From IMG/VR virus record IMGVR_UViG_3300029923_000051, positions 1 through 39,499 of that record: a stretch of 39,499 nucleotides of DNA; one strand, written 5' to 3'. Within the stretch, counting starts at the first letter, position 1. Every line of letters starts with the position of its first letter. Under the pieces are notes generated by a model. The model saw only the letters and a list, made by a program, of their open reading frames with translations, was not told the origin of the DNA and did not search any database. A program made the translations under genes and the position numbers. The stretch comes from a virus. Positions 17,710 to 27,989 of the stretch are shown one piece after another.

Positions 17710-18081
17710 TTATATTTTACTTAAATCAATTACTATGTTATGAGTTTTCTCGTGTAATTCAAGTAGTTGAGTTCTGCTTAATCCATCATGTCCTTCATCA
17801 AAGAAAATGTCTACTAAAATTTCTCGGTGAGGTTTAAATTCTTTCTGAATTAAAAATTTTTCAATTGTTTTTATTTCAATTTTAGATCTATCAGTTAATG
17901 AATACAAATTATTTATGATATCATTAATTACTAGTAATTGTTTACTAAATTCCAGAGATAATATGTTATCAGATATTTCCTTTGAATTTTCTTCCATGCT
18001 TAAATCATTCAAAACTGATTTTGTTAATTCAGATAATTCTTCAAATGATTCACTTGTAGCCACAAATATTCCTTTTTCCAT
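17710..18081 (-). CDS. family D paralog (123 aa)
   Basis: Paralog of 17341..17703. Confidence 0.6.
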   Translation of the reverse strand: MEKGIFVATSESFEELSELTKSVLNDLSMEENSKEISDNILSLEFSKQLLVINDIINNLYSLTDRSKIEIKTIEKFLIQKEFKPHREILVDIFFDEGHDGLSRTQLLELHEKTHNIVIDLSKI

Positions 18082-18212
18082 AACTTTTCATTTTAAATTG
18101 AGTACAAAAATATCTATTAATTCATATAATCCCTAATATTAATGTATAATATTATAATTTATTAACCTTAATTCATATTTATTTTTACCTTTCTTAAAAT
18201 TATATATAGCAT
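18082..18212. promoter_or_regulatory. divergent intergenic region between a leftward run and a rightward run
   Basis: 131-nt AT-rich gap at a strand switch. Confidence 0.4.
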
Positions 18213-18455
18213 ATGAAACATTTAAAACAATTTGAAAATAAAAAAGAATTTGAAGTTGGAAATTATGTTCAAATAAATTATACAATAGGTAAAATTGTTG
18301 GAAGAATAATAGAAATTGACGGTAATGATGCAATTCTTGATACAATTAATGGAATGAGAATTGTATTCTCATTCATTAACTATTTAGAAATAGCAAATAA
18401 TAAACAAATAGAAATTTTTATAATGGAGAAAAATGCAAAAAAATTTAACTTATGA
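18213..18455 (+). CDS. MK-KFNI cassette family, subtype A-like (EVGNYVQI...KKFNL)
   Basis: family termini. Confidence 0.65.
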   Translation: MKHLKQFENKKEFEVGNYVQINYTIGKIVGRIIEIDGNDAILDTINGMRIVFSFINYLEIANNKQIEIFIMEKNAKKFNL

Positions 18456-18784
18456 AACATTTAAAAATATATGAAGGTTATAATATGCCAGAAATAGGAG
18501 ATTATGTCATATGTGATATAACTCCTGGACAATATGATGAATTTAGAGAACTTAAAGATTTTCTTATTGTTAATATAGGATTAATAATTTATGCTCCTAA
18601 ATATTCAGATGAGTATGACTATGTTATAAGTTTTGATAATTTACCTAAAAATCTTGATTCTATGTTTGGCTCTAATACAAAAAATGGAAGAGGATTGAAA
18701 TTCTCAATCGATGAGATTAAACATTTTAGTAAAGATAAGGAAAAAATGAAGATTATACTATCATCAAATAAATTTAATATTTAA
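18452..18784 (+). CDS. MK-KFNI cassette family, subtype A (PEIGDYVICDI...ISFDNLP)
   Basis: family termini. Confidence 0.75.
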   Translation: MKHLKIYEGYNMPEIGDYVICDITPGQYDEFRELKDFLIVNIGLIIYAPKYSDEYDYVISFDNLPKNLDSMFGSNTKNGRGLKFSIDEIKHFSKDKEKMKIILSSNKFNI

Positions 18785-18785
18785 T

Positions 18786-19412
18786 ATGAAATACATTAAA
18801 AAATTTGAAAGTTCAATTAAAAAAATGATTTTGATTGGCGAAAATTTGACTGAGTTGCCTGAATTACCAGATACTCTTATGAAATTGCAATGTTCTGATA
18901 ATAAATTGACATCATTATCTAATTTACCTAATACATTAAATGAAATATATTGTAACAATAATATGATAATTGAAATTTCTAAATTACCAGAATTTTTAAC
19001 TGATTTTGCTTGCTCATATAATAAATTAAAAAAATTGCCAAATTTGCCTAATACATTAAAAGAACTTTTTTGCTGTGATAATAAACTAACAGAATTACCT
19101 ATTCTGCCAGATAACTTAAGAATTCTTAGCTGTGATAATAATAATTTAAATGAATTACCGATTTTACCAAAAAAATTAACATTATTATCTTGCTCTGGAA
19201 ACAATTTAGAGAAATTGCCTGAATTACCAGATGGCTTATTGGATTTATATTGTTATAATAATAATTTAAAAGAATTACCTATATTACCAATTACATTGAA
19301 ATCGTTGGCTTGTTCTGGTAATAATTTACCATATACTAATTTAAAAGAATATGATGAGTGGTTAGAAATAAATCATCCTGATATTTTTATGACTAGAAAA
19401 TTTAACATATAA
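18786..19412 (+). CDS. LPX-type leucine-rich repeat protein (about 9 repeats of LPxLPxxLxxLxCxxNxLxx) with cassette termini MKYIKKFES...KFNI
   Basis: 20-residue LRRs of the YopM/IpaH-like class. Conserved C-terminal cap NNLPYTNLKEYDEWLEINHP. Confidence 0.8.
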   Translation: MKYIKKFESSIKKMILIGENLTELPELPDTLMKLQCSDNKLTSLSNLPNTLNEIYCNNNMIIEISKLPEFLTDFACSYNKLKKLPNLPNTLKELFCCDNKLTELPILPDNLRILSCDNNNLNELPILPKKLTLLSCSGNNLEKLPELPDGLLDLYCYNNNLKELPILPITLKSLACSGNNLPYTNLKEYDEWLEINHPDIFMTRKFNI

Positions 19413-19413
19413 T

Positions 19414-19980
19414 ATGAAATACATTAAAAAATTTGAAAATTCAAATATAGAATTGAATGATAATCATAAAAATTTAACTATATTGCATAAATTACCAAGA
19501 AATTTAGTAAAATTGGAATGCTCAGATAATAAATTGATTAATTTACCTACGTTACCAAAAACATTAGAATATTTAGATTGTTCTGGTAATAAATTAATTA
19601 AATTGCCTGATATACCAGATTCCTGTAAAAAATTGTATTGTTATAATAATAAATTAACTAAGTTGCCTAAATTGTCACAGAATTTAAAAATTATATCTTG
19701 CGCAGACAATAAATTAACAGAATTATCAGAGTTACCTGAATCATTAGATAAATTATATTGTGGTGAAAATAAATTGACAACTTTACCTAATTTACCAAGC
19801 AAATTAACTGTATTGTCTTGTAGATTTAATAAATTAACTGAGTTGCCTATTTTACCAGAAACAATAACAACATTGTATTGTGAAGGAAATGATTTAGGAT
19901 ATTCTGATTTGGATGGTTATTATGATTGGCTGGAAATTAATCATCCTGAAGTAGTTGATGCAAGTAAATTCAATATATAA
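19414..19980 (+). CDS. LPX-type LRR protein with cassette termini
   Basis: as above. Confidence 0.8.
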   Translation: MKYIKKFENSNIELNDNHKNLTILHKLPRNLVKLECSDNKLINLPTLPKTLEYLDCSGNKLIKLPDIPDSCKKLYCYNNKLTKLPKLSQNLKIISCADNKLTELSELPESLDKLYCGENKLTTLPNLPSKLTVLSCRFNKLTELPILPETITTLYCEGNDLGYSDLDGYYDWLEINHPEVVDASKFNI

Positions 19981-19983
19981 AAA

Positions 19984-20379
19984 TTATAAATTGAATTTGT
20001 CTGCTGTTAATATCATTTCTAATTCTTCAATTGTTTTACCAAATGCTTTTATATTTGTTTCATTTAGATGAATAACCTTATTTTTTTTAGAACCTAAATT
20101 AAAATAATCCCTAATTATATCTGGAATATTTTCATATTCAAAATAATTTGATATTTCAGGATGTTTGTTTGATATGTCATATGATACATAATATGTTCTT
20201 AAAGTCTTTCCGTTTACTACTACTTTTCCTCCATAATTTCTTATTCTACCAATATTATTAGTTAAAAAGTCATAAATATCTCCTCCTAAATTGTAATTAC
20301 TATTATCATATTCAAAAATAATATAATCATTTATTTTTGGCTCATTATTTGTGTTTTCATTGAATCTTTCTATTTTCAT
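19984..20379 (-). CDS. MK-KFNI cassette family, A-like (start at MKIERFNEN)
   Basis: Internal Met chosen because it restores the family N-terminus and tight spacing. Confidence 0.65.
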   Translation of the reverse strand: MKIERFNENTNNEPKINDYIIFEYDNSNYNLGGDIYDFLTNNIGRIRNYGGKVVVNGKTLRTYYVSYDISNKHPEISNYFEYENIPDIIRDYFNLGSKKNKVIHLNETNIKAFGKTIEELEMILTADKFNL

Positions 20380-20381
20380 TA

Positions 20382-20699
20382 TTATATGTTGAATTTTCTG
20401 GATTGTAAAATAGTTTCTAAATCTTCTATGTTGTCTGACCAACATAATATTTCTTTCCTTGAAAAAGTAGTTGTACCTTTATTGAAATATTTTTCTGTAT
20501 CTTCTGGTATGTTTTCATATTGAACTACAAATGGATATTTATCTCCTCTATTAAATTCTATGCAAATACCAATATGACTATTAACAAAAGTTCTAGATTT
20601 AAATGCTCCAACGTAATCATTAGATAAAATGTATTCTCCTACCATTGGAAAGTCTTTTTTATCAGACATTAATTTTTCAAACTCCTTTATATACTTCAT
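20382..20699 (-). CDS. MK-KFNI cassette family, A-like (VQYENIPED)
   Basis: family termini. Confidence 0.7.
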   Translation of the reverse strand: MKYIKEFEKLMSDKKDFPMVGEYILSNDYVGAFKSRTFVNSHIGICIEFNRGDKYPFVVQYENIPEDTEKYFNKGTTTFSRKEILCWSDNIEDLETILQSRKFNI

Positions 20700-20701
20700 T
20701 G

Positions 20702-21046
20702 TTATAAGTTGAATTTATTTGTTTTTACTATATATTTTATCTTCTCCAAATCATCTCTTTTTATTTGAGTATATCCATTATTAGGTAGATTATTTTTTAT
20801 GTCTTCTATGCTTGCAAATGATGAATTATCAAAATATCCTACTAATAAATCTATTTTTGGCGTTCTTTTAAAATATATGAAAATTTCATATGTATTATCA
20901 TGAGAATATATATAATGTTTTATTCTATTTTTTTCTAAATCATTTAAATCACGTATTAAAACTAACTCATCCTCTTTGCTATCTAAATTATAATTTTGGT
21001 AGTAGATATCAAATTCCCTACCTTCATTGAATCTTTCAATTTTCAT
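20702..21046 (-). CDS. MK-KFNI cassette family, subtype B
   Basis: family termini. Confidence 0.7.
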   Translation of the reverse strand: MKIERFNEGREFDIYYQNYNLDSKEDELVLIRDLNDLEKNRIKHYIYSHDNTYEIFIYFKRTPKIDLLVGYFDNSSFASIEDIKNNLPNNGYTQIKRDDLEKIKYIVKTNKFNL

Positions 21047-21402
21047 TATAATGTATTATTATTTTCACTATTTCTTATTGATTCTAATTCATTTTTATTG
21101 TCCCCCCAATATCTAATCTCACCGTTGAATGCATAAATTTCCTTGATATCATTATCAGATTCATAGTCACCATAAACATCATCAATATAGCTGTAATTTA
21201 TAGTATAAAGAACTTCATATTTTTTAATAGAATTATTGTTACCTCTATTTATTTTTTTATTTTGGTCGTCAATATTTGTTATTAATCCAATAGAATCATT
21301 TATATTCTTTTTGTCATGACGGTTATTTACATTTAGTAATACATAATTGCCTATCTCAGGCTCTCCATTGTTCAAACTCTCATTAAATCTTTTAACTCTC
21401 AT
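21046..21402 (-). CDS. MK-KFNI cassette family, subtype A with atypical C-terminus (NNTL)
   Basis: MRVKRFNESLNNGEPEIGNYV. Confidence 0.65.
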   Translation of the reverse strand: MRVKRFNESLNNGEPEIGNYVLLNVNNRHDKKNINDSIGLITNIDDQNKKINRGNNNSIKKYEVLYTINYSYIDDVYGDYESDNDIKEIYAFNGEIRYWGDNKNELESIRNSENNNTL

Positions 21403-21404
21403 TA

Positions 21405-21746
21405 TTATATGTTATATTTTTTAGAAACTAAGATAATTTCCAATTTAGATTTATCCTTAGAAGAATATTTTATTTCTTCTCTTAAAAATCTGATAGCTGA
21501 TTCATATTTATTGTCCAAGTAGCCAACATGTAATGATTCAGGTATGTTATCATATTGTACAACATATTTATCATCCCTACTTTTTTCTCCATTTATGTCT
21601 ATTACTTTTCCAATATTATTATTTACAAGAATATTAAAGTCATCAAATTTATAATTTTCTGGATCATATTCATTGCATATTACATAATCACCAATTTCAA
21701 TTTTTTTCTTATTTATATTACTTTCATTGAATCTAATTATCTTCAT
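21405..21746 (-). CDS. MK-KFNI cassette family, subtype A
   Basis: IEIGDYVICNEY...VQYDNIPESL. Confidence 0.75.
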   Translation of the reverse strand: MKIIRFNESNINKKKIEIGDYVICNEYDPENYKFDDFNILVNNNIGKVIDINGEKSRDDKYVVQYDNIPESLHVGYLDNKYESAIRFLREEIKYSSKDKSKLEIILVSKKYNI

Positions 21747-21748
21747 TG

Positions 21749-22081
21749 TTATATATTAAATTTATTTGATTTTAGAATTAATTCTAATTCTTTTTTATCT
21801 TGAGTCCAATATTTTATTTCAGTGCGCTTCATTCTTACTGTATTATCACTATTGAAAAAAATATGTAAATTATGTGGAATATCATAAAATCTAATAGCAT
21901 ACGGATGAGTTGGATATTTATCATAATCATTCTTTACATACATACCAATAGATGACATCATAAAATTATCAATGTCACTAAAATCATTTATAGTACTATC
22001 ATGATTGTCATTGCATATTACATAATCACCAATTTCTGGGTTTCCTTCATTTAAACTCTCATTAAATCTTATTATCTTCAT
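21749..22081 (-). CDS. MK-KFNI cassette family, subtype A
   Basis: family termini. Confidence 0.75.
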   Translation of the reverse strand: MKIIRFNESLNEGNPEIGDYVICNDNHDSTINDFSDIDNFMMSSIGMYVKNDYDKYPTHPYAIRFYDIPHNLHIFFNSDNTVRMKRTEIKYWTQDKKELELILKSNKFNI

Positions 22082-22455
22082 TATATGTTAAATTTATTTG
22101 ATATTGTTGATAGATAAATTGATTCTATATCTTCTTTATTTACTTTTTCAAAATCTGTGTTATTGAACCAATGTCTAACTTCTCCTAAATCTTTACGATC
22201 AGTCACATGTTTAAAATTGTGAGTATTGGCAAAATCATAGAATGTGTTAATTGAGTCGTTTATATATGAATATAATATAAAATTCCAACTTGAATCTACT
22301 CCTTCTTTATAATATATATCATATAATAAAAATCCAGATTTTATTAAGTCTCTAATATCATCATTTAATATTTCAACTCCAATGTCATCACATTTATAAG
22401 TTTTTAGATATAATTTGAAATTGTTGATGCTTTCATTAAATCTATTAATCTTCAT
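22081..22455 (-). CDS. MK-KFNI cassette family, subtype B
   Basis: family termini. Confidence 0.7.
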   Translation of the reverse strand: MKINRFNESINNFKLYLKTYKCDDIGVEILNDDIRDLIKSGFLLYDIYYKEGVDSSWNFILYSYINDSINTFYDFANTHNFKHVTDRKDLGEVRHWFNNTDFEKVNKEDIESIYLSTISNKFNI

Positions 22456-22457
22456 AA

Positions 22458-22820
22458 TTATAAGTTAAATTTTTTAGTTATTAAATTAAGTTCTAATTCT
22501 TCTTTGTTTTTAGAATAATCTAATATTAAACTATCTCCAAATAAACACAAATTGTTAACAATTGGTTTAATTTCAATATCAGGATCATTATGAAATCTAT
22601 TTAATATATCATCAGGTATGTTATCATATTTAACTTTAATATCATGACTATAACGATAAATATAATATATTTGACCTACATTATTATTTATAAAATTTAT
22701 AAATTTTTTATCATCATCATCAGATGATGATCTTAACATTTTATTCGCATTTATTAAAACATAATCATCTTCACTAGGTTCATCATATTGTAGGCTATCA
22801 TTAAATCTATTAATCTTCAT
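22458..22820 (-). CDS. MK-KFNI cassette family, subtype A
   Basis: VKYDNIPDDI. Confidence 0.7.
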   Translation of the reverse strand: MKINRFNDSLQYDEPSEDDYVLINANKMLRSSSDDDDKKFINFINNNVGQIYYIYRYSHDIKVKYDNIPDDILNRFHNDPDIEIKPIVNNLCLFGDSLILDYSKNKEELELNLITKKFNL

Positions 22821-22822
22821 AT

Positions 22823-23200
22823 TTACAAGTTAAATTTATTTGATCTTAAAATAATTTCAATATCTTCTCTATTAGTATTTTTATCAAAGTCATTATTTAT
22901 TAATGTTTTTCTGAATCTTTCTACTGTACTTATTAATGAATACCATGTCAAATAATGATATTCATTTATCAGTCTTTCATCTTCTACATTTTTAGGATAA
23001 CAATATAAGTAATATATATTAAAATCCATATCAACCTTAATATCATATTTTATATCATTAGATTCCAAAATATCTATTATTTTTATTATCTTATGCGATA
23101 TATTGATAATATTTTTATTTTCGTATCTATATTCTGCAAAATATATATTGTGATAAGGTTTATTATTTTCTACATTATCAGTATTTTTTTTAATTATCAT
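22823..23200 (-). CDS. MK-KFNI cassette family, subtype B
   Basis: DIKYDIKVD. Confidence 0.7.
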   Translation of the reverse strand: MIIKKNTDNVENNKPYHNIYFAEYRYENKNIINISHKIIKIIDILESNDIKYDIKVDMDFNIYYLYCYPKNVEDERLINEYHYLTWYSLISTVERFRKTLINNDFDKNTNREDIEIILRSNKFNL

Positions 23201-23202
23201 AA

Positions 23203-23496
23203 TTATAAATTGAATTTATTAGTATTTGATAATAAATCTTTATTCATTTTTAATTCTTCTAAATCATGAGAATGTAGCAATATTTCATCCCTACTGTACA
23301 TTTGGTTGTCATTAGCATCTCCTATCTGTATTTCATATGTATAATAACCAGTTGGACCTTCTACTATATAAACTACCTCTCCTATGCAATAATCAAAGGT
23401 GTCTTTATGCCCTTTTCTCTTGCAAATTACATAATCATTCATCCAAATATCTGGATATTTAGAGTAAGTATCTTCAAATGTTTTTATATGATTCAT
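23203..23496 (-). CDS. MK-KFNI cassette family, A-like
   Basis: family termini. Confidence 0.65.
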   Translation of the reverse strand: MNHIKTFEDTYSKYPDIWMNDYVICKRKGHKDTFDYCIGEVVYIVEGPTGYYTYEIQIGDANDNQMYSRDEILLHSHDLEELKMNKDLLSNTNKFNL

Positions 23497-23831
23497 ATAT
23501 TAAATTTCTTAGCATTTATCATAGTTTCTAAATCATTTATATTTTTATTCCATAATTCAATCTCCCATTTTCCAAATTGAAAATTATCAGTCTTGCCACT
23601 TTTTTTCGTGATTAAGTCATATTGCATTCTAAATTCACTGAAATTATCAGGAATATTATCATAATGAACAATATATGGATAATTTTTATCTTCAGATATA
23701 CTAACAATTTGACCTATTTTATCCTTTATAAATTTATTCCTTTTAATATTATTTGAAGATAATTTCGATACACAATAAACATAATCACCAACTTCTGGAT
23801 TATTTTCAAATGAGTTAAAATCGGTTATCAT
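23493..23831 (-). CDS. MK-KFNI cassette family, subtype A
   Basis: PEVGDYVYC...VHYDNIPDNF. Confidence 0.75.
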   Translation of the reverse strand: MITDFNSFENNPEVGDYVYCVSKLSSNNIKRNKFIKDKIGQIVSISEDKNYPYIVHYDNIPDNFSEFRMQYDLITKKSGKTDNFQFGKWEIELWNKNINDLETMINAKKFNI

Positions 23832-24160
23832 ACGTTGAATTTGTTAGTTTTTAATATTAGTTCTAATTTTTCCTTATCTTTATCCCAGTATTTTATTGCT
23901 CTTCTAGCAATCTCACATTCATAGAAGCTTTTATCATTTTTAGTCTTTCTACTGAATTCATTTTTTAATTCTCTTGGTACGTCTTCATATTGAATAACAT
24001 ATATTTTCTGAAGATTATTCCATAAATAAGAAAAACTCAATTTTGAAATATTATTATTTATAAAATCATATAATTTTGTTTTTACATTTACTTCACATAA
24101 AATATAATCGCCATTCTCTGGCTCATCTTCTATGCTTTCATTAAATCTTTTTATGTTCAT
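23828..24160 (-). CDS. MK-KFNI cassette family, subtype A
   Basis: family termini. Confidence 0.75.
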   Translation of the reverse strand: MNIKRFNESIEDEPENGDYILCEVNVKTKLYDFINNNISKLSFSYLWNNLQKIYVIQYEDVPRELKNEFSRKTKNDKSFYECEIARRAIKYWDKDKEKLELILKTNKFNV

Positions 24161-24162
24161 TA

Positions 24163-24573
24163 TTATATGTTAAATTTTCTTGATCTTATTCTCATCTTAA
24201 ATGCTTCTAAATTTTGAATATTCTTTGAAGATACATTATCAAATTTGTCATATTTATTTAATAATTCTTTTTCTATCTCATCTATCTCATCTATCTTCAA
24301 TCCTAAATACATCTTATTTGTAAAATCACTATATAAATATTCCATTCCCCATAAAATATCACGTTGATTTATGTCATATCTATTTTTGCTATTATTATAA
24401 ATAAATGCATACACAATTGCAATATTTCTTAAATTGTAATAAATGTTATAATCAATATTTGAATTATCTAAATTACTCAAATCTTCTATTAATTCATCAT
24501 ATGATTCATATTTTTTGGAATATAAATCGCATGTCTGTTGAGATTTTTCTTCATATGTCTTTATATTTTTCAT
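24163..24573 (-). CDS. MK-KFNI cassette family, subtype B
   Basis: family termini. Confidence 0.7.
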   Translation of the reverse strand: MKNIKTYEEKSQQTCDLYSKKYESYDELIEDLSNLDNSNIDYNIYYNLRNIAIVYAFIYNNSKNRYDINQRDILWGMEYLYSDFTNKMYLGLKIDEIDEIEKELLNKYDKFDNVSSKNIQNLEAFKMRIRSRKFNI

Positions 24574-25034
24574 ATATTAAACTTATATATTTTTTTAGCC
24601 AGTATATACTCATTATATTTATCTGGATATAATTTCTTTAAAATACTAGCATTCTCAAAATTTAAATGATCAAACATATACATACCTTTATGATCTCTTT
24701 CTCCCCAATATGCTCCTGCATCAGTCAGCATTTTTATTATTTCAATACAATATTCTCTATTACCTTTTGACGCTAATATGATAGGAAACATTGGTGATTT
24801 ATTTGGTAAATTAGGATCTGCTCCATTTTCAAGTAATTCCTTTATTATTATTATATTTTGATAAGAAACTGCCATTATTAGAGGAGTGTTTCCAAACTGA
24901 CTAAATATATTAACATTATCAAAAGAATCAATAACCCTTTTAATTGAATCTTTTTTATTAGAATAACTAATAATGGACATTAATTCACCAATAGTATAAT
25001 CATTAGAATTCTCAAAAGTCTTTAAATATTTCAC
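24570..25034 (-). CDS. ankyrin-repeat protein with cassette termini (MKYLKTFENS...YKFNI)
   Basis: ANK consensus GNTPLIMAV...LLENGADPN and a second repeat. Confidence 0.8.
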   Translation of the reverse strand: MKYLKTFENSNDYTIGELMSIISYSNKKDSIKRVIDSFDNVNIFSQFGNTPLIMAVSYQNIIIIKELLENGADPNLPNKSPMFPIILASKGNREYCIEIIKMLTDAGAYWGERDHKGMYMFDHLNFENASILKKLYPDKYNEYILAKKIYKFNI

Positions 25035-25363
25035 ATGTTAAATTTATTTGTTGAGATATTTAATTCTAATTCTTCTAATGTAGAACCAATTTCTAAAATA
25101 TCTGTAACATAAAATAATTTTGATTTTATATTTTTATCACTAATATAATTAAAGTATGCACTAATAATATCAGGTACATTTTCATATTTTACTACAATTG
25201 TAAATACCTCACCGTTTGAAAAAGTACCTATTTTTATAATTTCTCCTGGATTATTTTTAACAAAATTTGAAATAGATTTTATTCCTACTGGTTCAATTAG
25301 TACATAATCTCCTACTTCTGGTACTTTTTTATTTATGCTCTCATTAAACTTTAATATTTTCAT
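25031..25363 (-). CDS. MK-KFNI cassette family, subtype A
   Basis: family termini. Confidence 0.75.
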   Translation of the reverse strand: MKILKFNESINKKVPEVGDYVLIEPVGIKSISNFVKNNPGEIIKIGTFSNGEVFTIVVKYENVPDIISAYFNYISDKNIKSKLFYVTDILEIGSTLEELELNISTNKFNM

Positions 25364-25364
25364 A

Positions 25365-25694
25365 TTATATGTTAAATTTTTTAGTCTTTATGATAGTTTC
25401 TAATTCTTCTTTATTCTTAGAAAAATATAATATTTCTTCTTTTTTAAATGGTATCGTATTATAATCATTATTATTATTTGTATAGCTACTTAACTGACTT
25501 GGTAAATCATCATATTTTATTGAATATGGATAATTTATCATATCTTTACTCGTTGTATCTATAATAATGCCAATATTTACACTTGTAAATTCATTTAATG
25601 ATTTCTCACCTGATTCATCACTATGACAAATTACATAATCTCCAATTTCTGGCTCATTTTCATTTATATTCTCATTAAATTTTCTAACTTTCAT
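25365..25694 (-). CDS. MK-KFNI cassette family, subtype A; first gene of the run
   Basis: family termini. Confidence 0.75.
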   Translation of the reverse strand: MKVRKFNENINENEPEIGDYVICHSDESGEKSLNEFTSVNIGIIIDTTSKDMINYPYSIKYDDLPSQLSSYTNNNNDYNTIPFKKEEILYFSKNKEELETIIKTKKFNI

Positions 25695-25741
25695 ATTATT
25701 ATATATTTATTTTAAAATACCATAATATTTAACACTATTAT

Positions 25742-26188
25742 TTATACAACTTTATAATCAAAATAATCTTTTATATTTTTATACTTAATTTCTAATTTTT
25801 TATTAAAGGTATATTGATAACTTCTATCTGATTTGACATCATTAAAAGTTACATTATATGTCCTAAAATGTTTAATGTCATTTAATTTATCAAATATGAA
25901 CATTAAAGCACTTCTTTCATCAGGTAATCCATTATTAATTAAATAATCTCTGATATTATAGTCACACATAAAAATATTTCTTAGATTATCTATCTCAAAT
26001 AAACATATTCCTTTATCTACATCAGGCAATATCTTATCATCTTTATTATCTATCTGGCATAATTTATTGTGACGTATGTATGATATGTCATAATACAATC
26101 CTATGACATCACGTGGTTGTTTAGTTCTAACTATATAGCAGGAATTAAATATACTCAAAAACCAGTTACTTAAATCTTTGTTGTCCAT
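25742..26188 (-). CDS. family C paralog (SNWF...SCYIV...LYYD.S.IR..KLC), unknown function
   Basis: Three tandem paralogs. Confidence 0.6.
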   Translation of the reverse strand: MDNKDLSNWFLSIFNSCYIVRTKQPRDVIGLYYDISYIRHNKLCQIDNKDDKILPDVDKGICLFEIDNLRNIFMCDYNIRDYLINNGLPDERSALMFIFDKLNDIKHFRTYNVTFNDVKSDRSYQYTFNKKLEIKYKNIKDYFDYKVV

Positions 26189-26636
26189 ATGGTTTTAATA
26201 TTGTATTAATATCTAATGAAGTTAATTTTAATTTAAGACTATCAATTTTAACAGTATTTATAACAGCAAAATATGTAGGAGTATAATCATGAAATCTAGT
26301 GTATTTCAATATCTCTTGTATAAATTTTTGAATATCATTATCAAGAGTTTTAGATTTTATATCAGATTCATTAAATTTCTTTCTTAAATGTGACCAAATA
26401 ATATAATAATCACATGACATCATATTATATTTAATGTCAATGTCAAATAATTTTATTCCTTTGTTGAAATTTGGAATAAATGATAATTCTTTTTTACTTA
26501 TAACACACAATTTCTTACTACGAATAAATGACTTATCGTAATATAAATATACATGATTAGGAAAAATATCACTTGATACTACATAGCATGACTTAAATTT
26601 ACTCCAAAACCATTTACTTAATTCTTCTTTATCCAT
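26166..26636 (-). CDS. family C paralog
   Basis: as above. Confidence 0.6.
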   Translation of the reverse strand: MDKEELSKWFWSKFKSCYVVSSDIFPNHVYLYYDKSFIRSKKLCVISKKELSFIPNFNKGIKLFDIDIKYNMMSCDYYIIWSHLRKKFNESDIKSKTLDNDIQKFIQEILKYTRFHDYTPTYFAVINTVKIDSLKLKLTSLDINTILKPYGQQRFK

Positions 26637-26637
26637 G

Positions 26638-27135
26638 CTATTTTAATATTTTTTTAATGTCTAAATATTTAATTTCTAACTGATTAATATCTATAGAGTA
26701 TAATTCTGGACTTGATTTTAAATCTAAACTGAAAGAACTTGTGCATAAATATGAATGAGAAATAAAAAAATCTCTATCGTTATGAGAAAATATATTAAAT
26801 TTGAATATTTCTCCTTTAATAAATTTGTCCAACTCATTGACATTTGATGAGTAATTTGATTCTAAATAACTATATATCTTATCATAAGAGCAATTGATAC
26901 CATAAAGAGAACAATGTATGATTAATAATAATTCACTCTTACCAATGTCAGGTAAAATAGCTTCACTGTCATTAATATTATAATATATTGAATTTAATCT
27001 TGATAATTTATTACGACGAACATAAGATTTATCATATAATAGATATAATAATTCTGGTTGTGTTGTATCATTTGCTACATAACAAGATTTTAATATGTCC
27101 AAAAACCATTTAATAGATTCATTCTTTGTCATCAT
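26638..27135 (-). CDS. family C paralog
   Basis: as above. Confidence 0.6.
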   Translation of the reverse strand: MMTKNESIKWFLDILKSCYVANDTTQPELLYLLYDKSYVRRNKLSRLNSIYYNINDSEAILPDIGKSELLLIIHCSLYGINCSYDKIYSYLESNYSSNVNELDKFIKGEIFKFNIFSHNDRDFFISHSYLCTSSFSLDLKSSPELYSIDINQLEIKYLDIKKILK

Positions 27136-27243
27136 CTGTAATAAAAACTTTATTTGTAATCTCTATATTTTTTACAAATATACTAAATTATATCCTATCT
27201 AACAAATATAAATGTTCAACATGAAAAATTAATATATAACTAC

Positions 27244-27558
27244 ATGAAATATATTAAACAATATGAAGAAAAAGACTATATTCCACATGTTGGCGATTAT
27301 GTTCTATGTCATACAGAATCTGACACAAAGGATAAAGATACTTTTAATCACACGATAGGTTATTTTGATAGAATGTTTTCAAGCTATTATGTCATAAGAT
27401 TTGATAAAAAACAGGAGATGAAACAAGGTAATAGAATATATGCAAAAAATGATTTAGATAAAATATATTTATATGCTTATAAATATGAAGTTATATATTG
27501 GTCTAAAAATAAAGAAGAGTTAGAATTAATATTAACCGCAAATAAATTTAACCTTTAA
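27244..27558 (+). CDS. MK-KFNI cassette family, A-like
   Basis: MKYIKQYEEK...HVGDYVLC...ANKFNL. Confidence 0.7.
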   Translation: MKYIKQYEEKDYIPHVGDYVLCHTESDTKDKDTFNHTIGYFDRMFSSYYVIRFDKKQEMKQGNRIYAKNDLDKIYLYAYKYEVIYWSKNKEELELILTANKFNL

Positions 27559-27737
27559 TAACTATGAATTATAAAAATAAGTATTACCTTTGTAGACTAA
27601 TAATTAATACTAAGTCTATTATGAAAATGCACAACAAAGAAATTATTAAATATGCTATTCGATGGGCAGTAATTGCATATGTTTTTCTTTCTATTTTATA
27701 TATTTCATATATTCATTTTATTCATTAACATCACATT

Positions 27738-27953
27738 ATGAAACTAACACTTGGAAATTTATTAATTATAACTACAATAGTTTTTACATTATTTGTAGAT
27801 TTTATATATATTGTAAAGTTTGGTAATCCATTTATATCTCAATTTGGTGGATATTATCAAACATTTGTATATATTACGCTAGAATTTATTATAGTATTTT
27901 CTTTAGCATGGGTAGTTAGTTTTATTATAAAACATTGGAACACTGAATTATAA
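27738..27953 (+). CDS. small membrane protein (71 aa, 2 TM)
   Basis: Hydrophobic. Followed by a terminator. Confidence 0.5.
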   Translation: MKLTLGNLLIITTIVFTLFVDFIYIVKFGNPFISQFGGYYQTFVYITLEFIIVFSLAWVVSFIIKHWNTEL

Positions 27954-27957
27954 AAAA

Positions 27958-27989
27958 AGTTCAACTTAATTATAAGTTGAACTTTTTTG
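27958..27989. terminator. bidirectional intrinsic terminator: A7-AGTTCAACTTA-atta-TAAGTTGAACT-T6. The loop and right arm encode the KFNL stop of the convergent gene.
   Basis: Perfect 11-bp arms flanked by an A-run and a T-run. Confidence 0.7.

Noticed and set aside
18764-19204. ORFs antisense to LRR genes encoding GNSGN.V.LL repeats (also 29298..29753, 30016..30207, 31228..31458, 38582..38821)
   Set aside because: They are the mirror-image reading of the 60-nt LRR periodicity. They are fully nested in better-supported genes with conserved termini. There is no independent start context.
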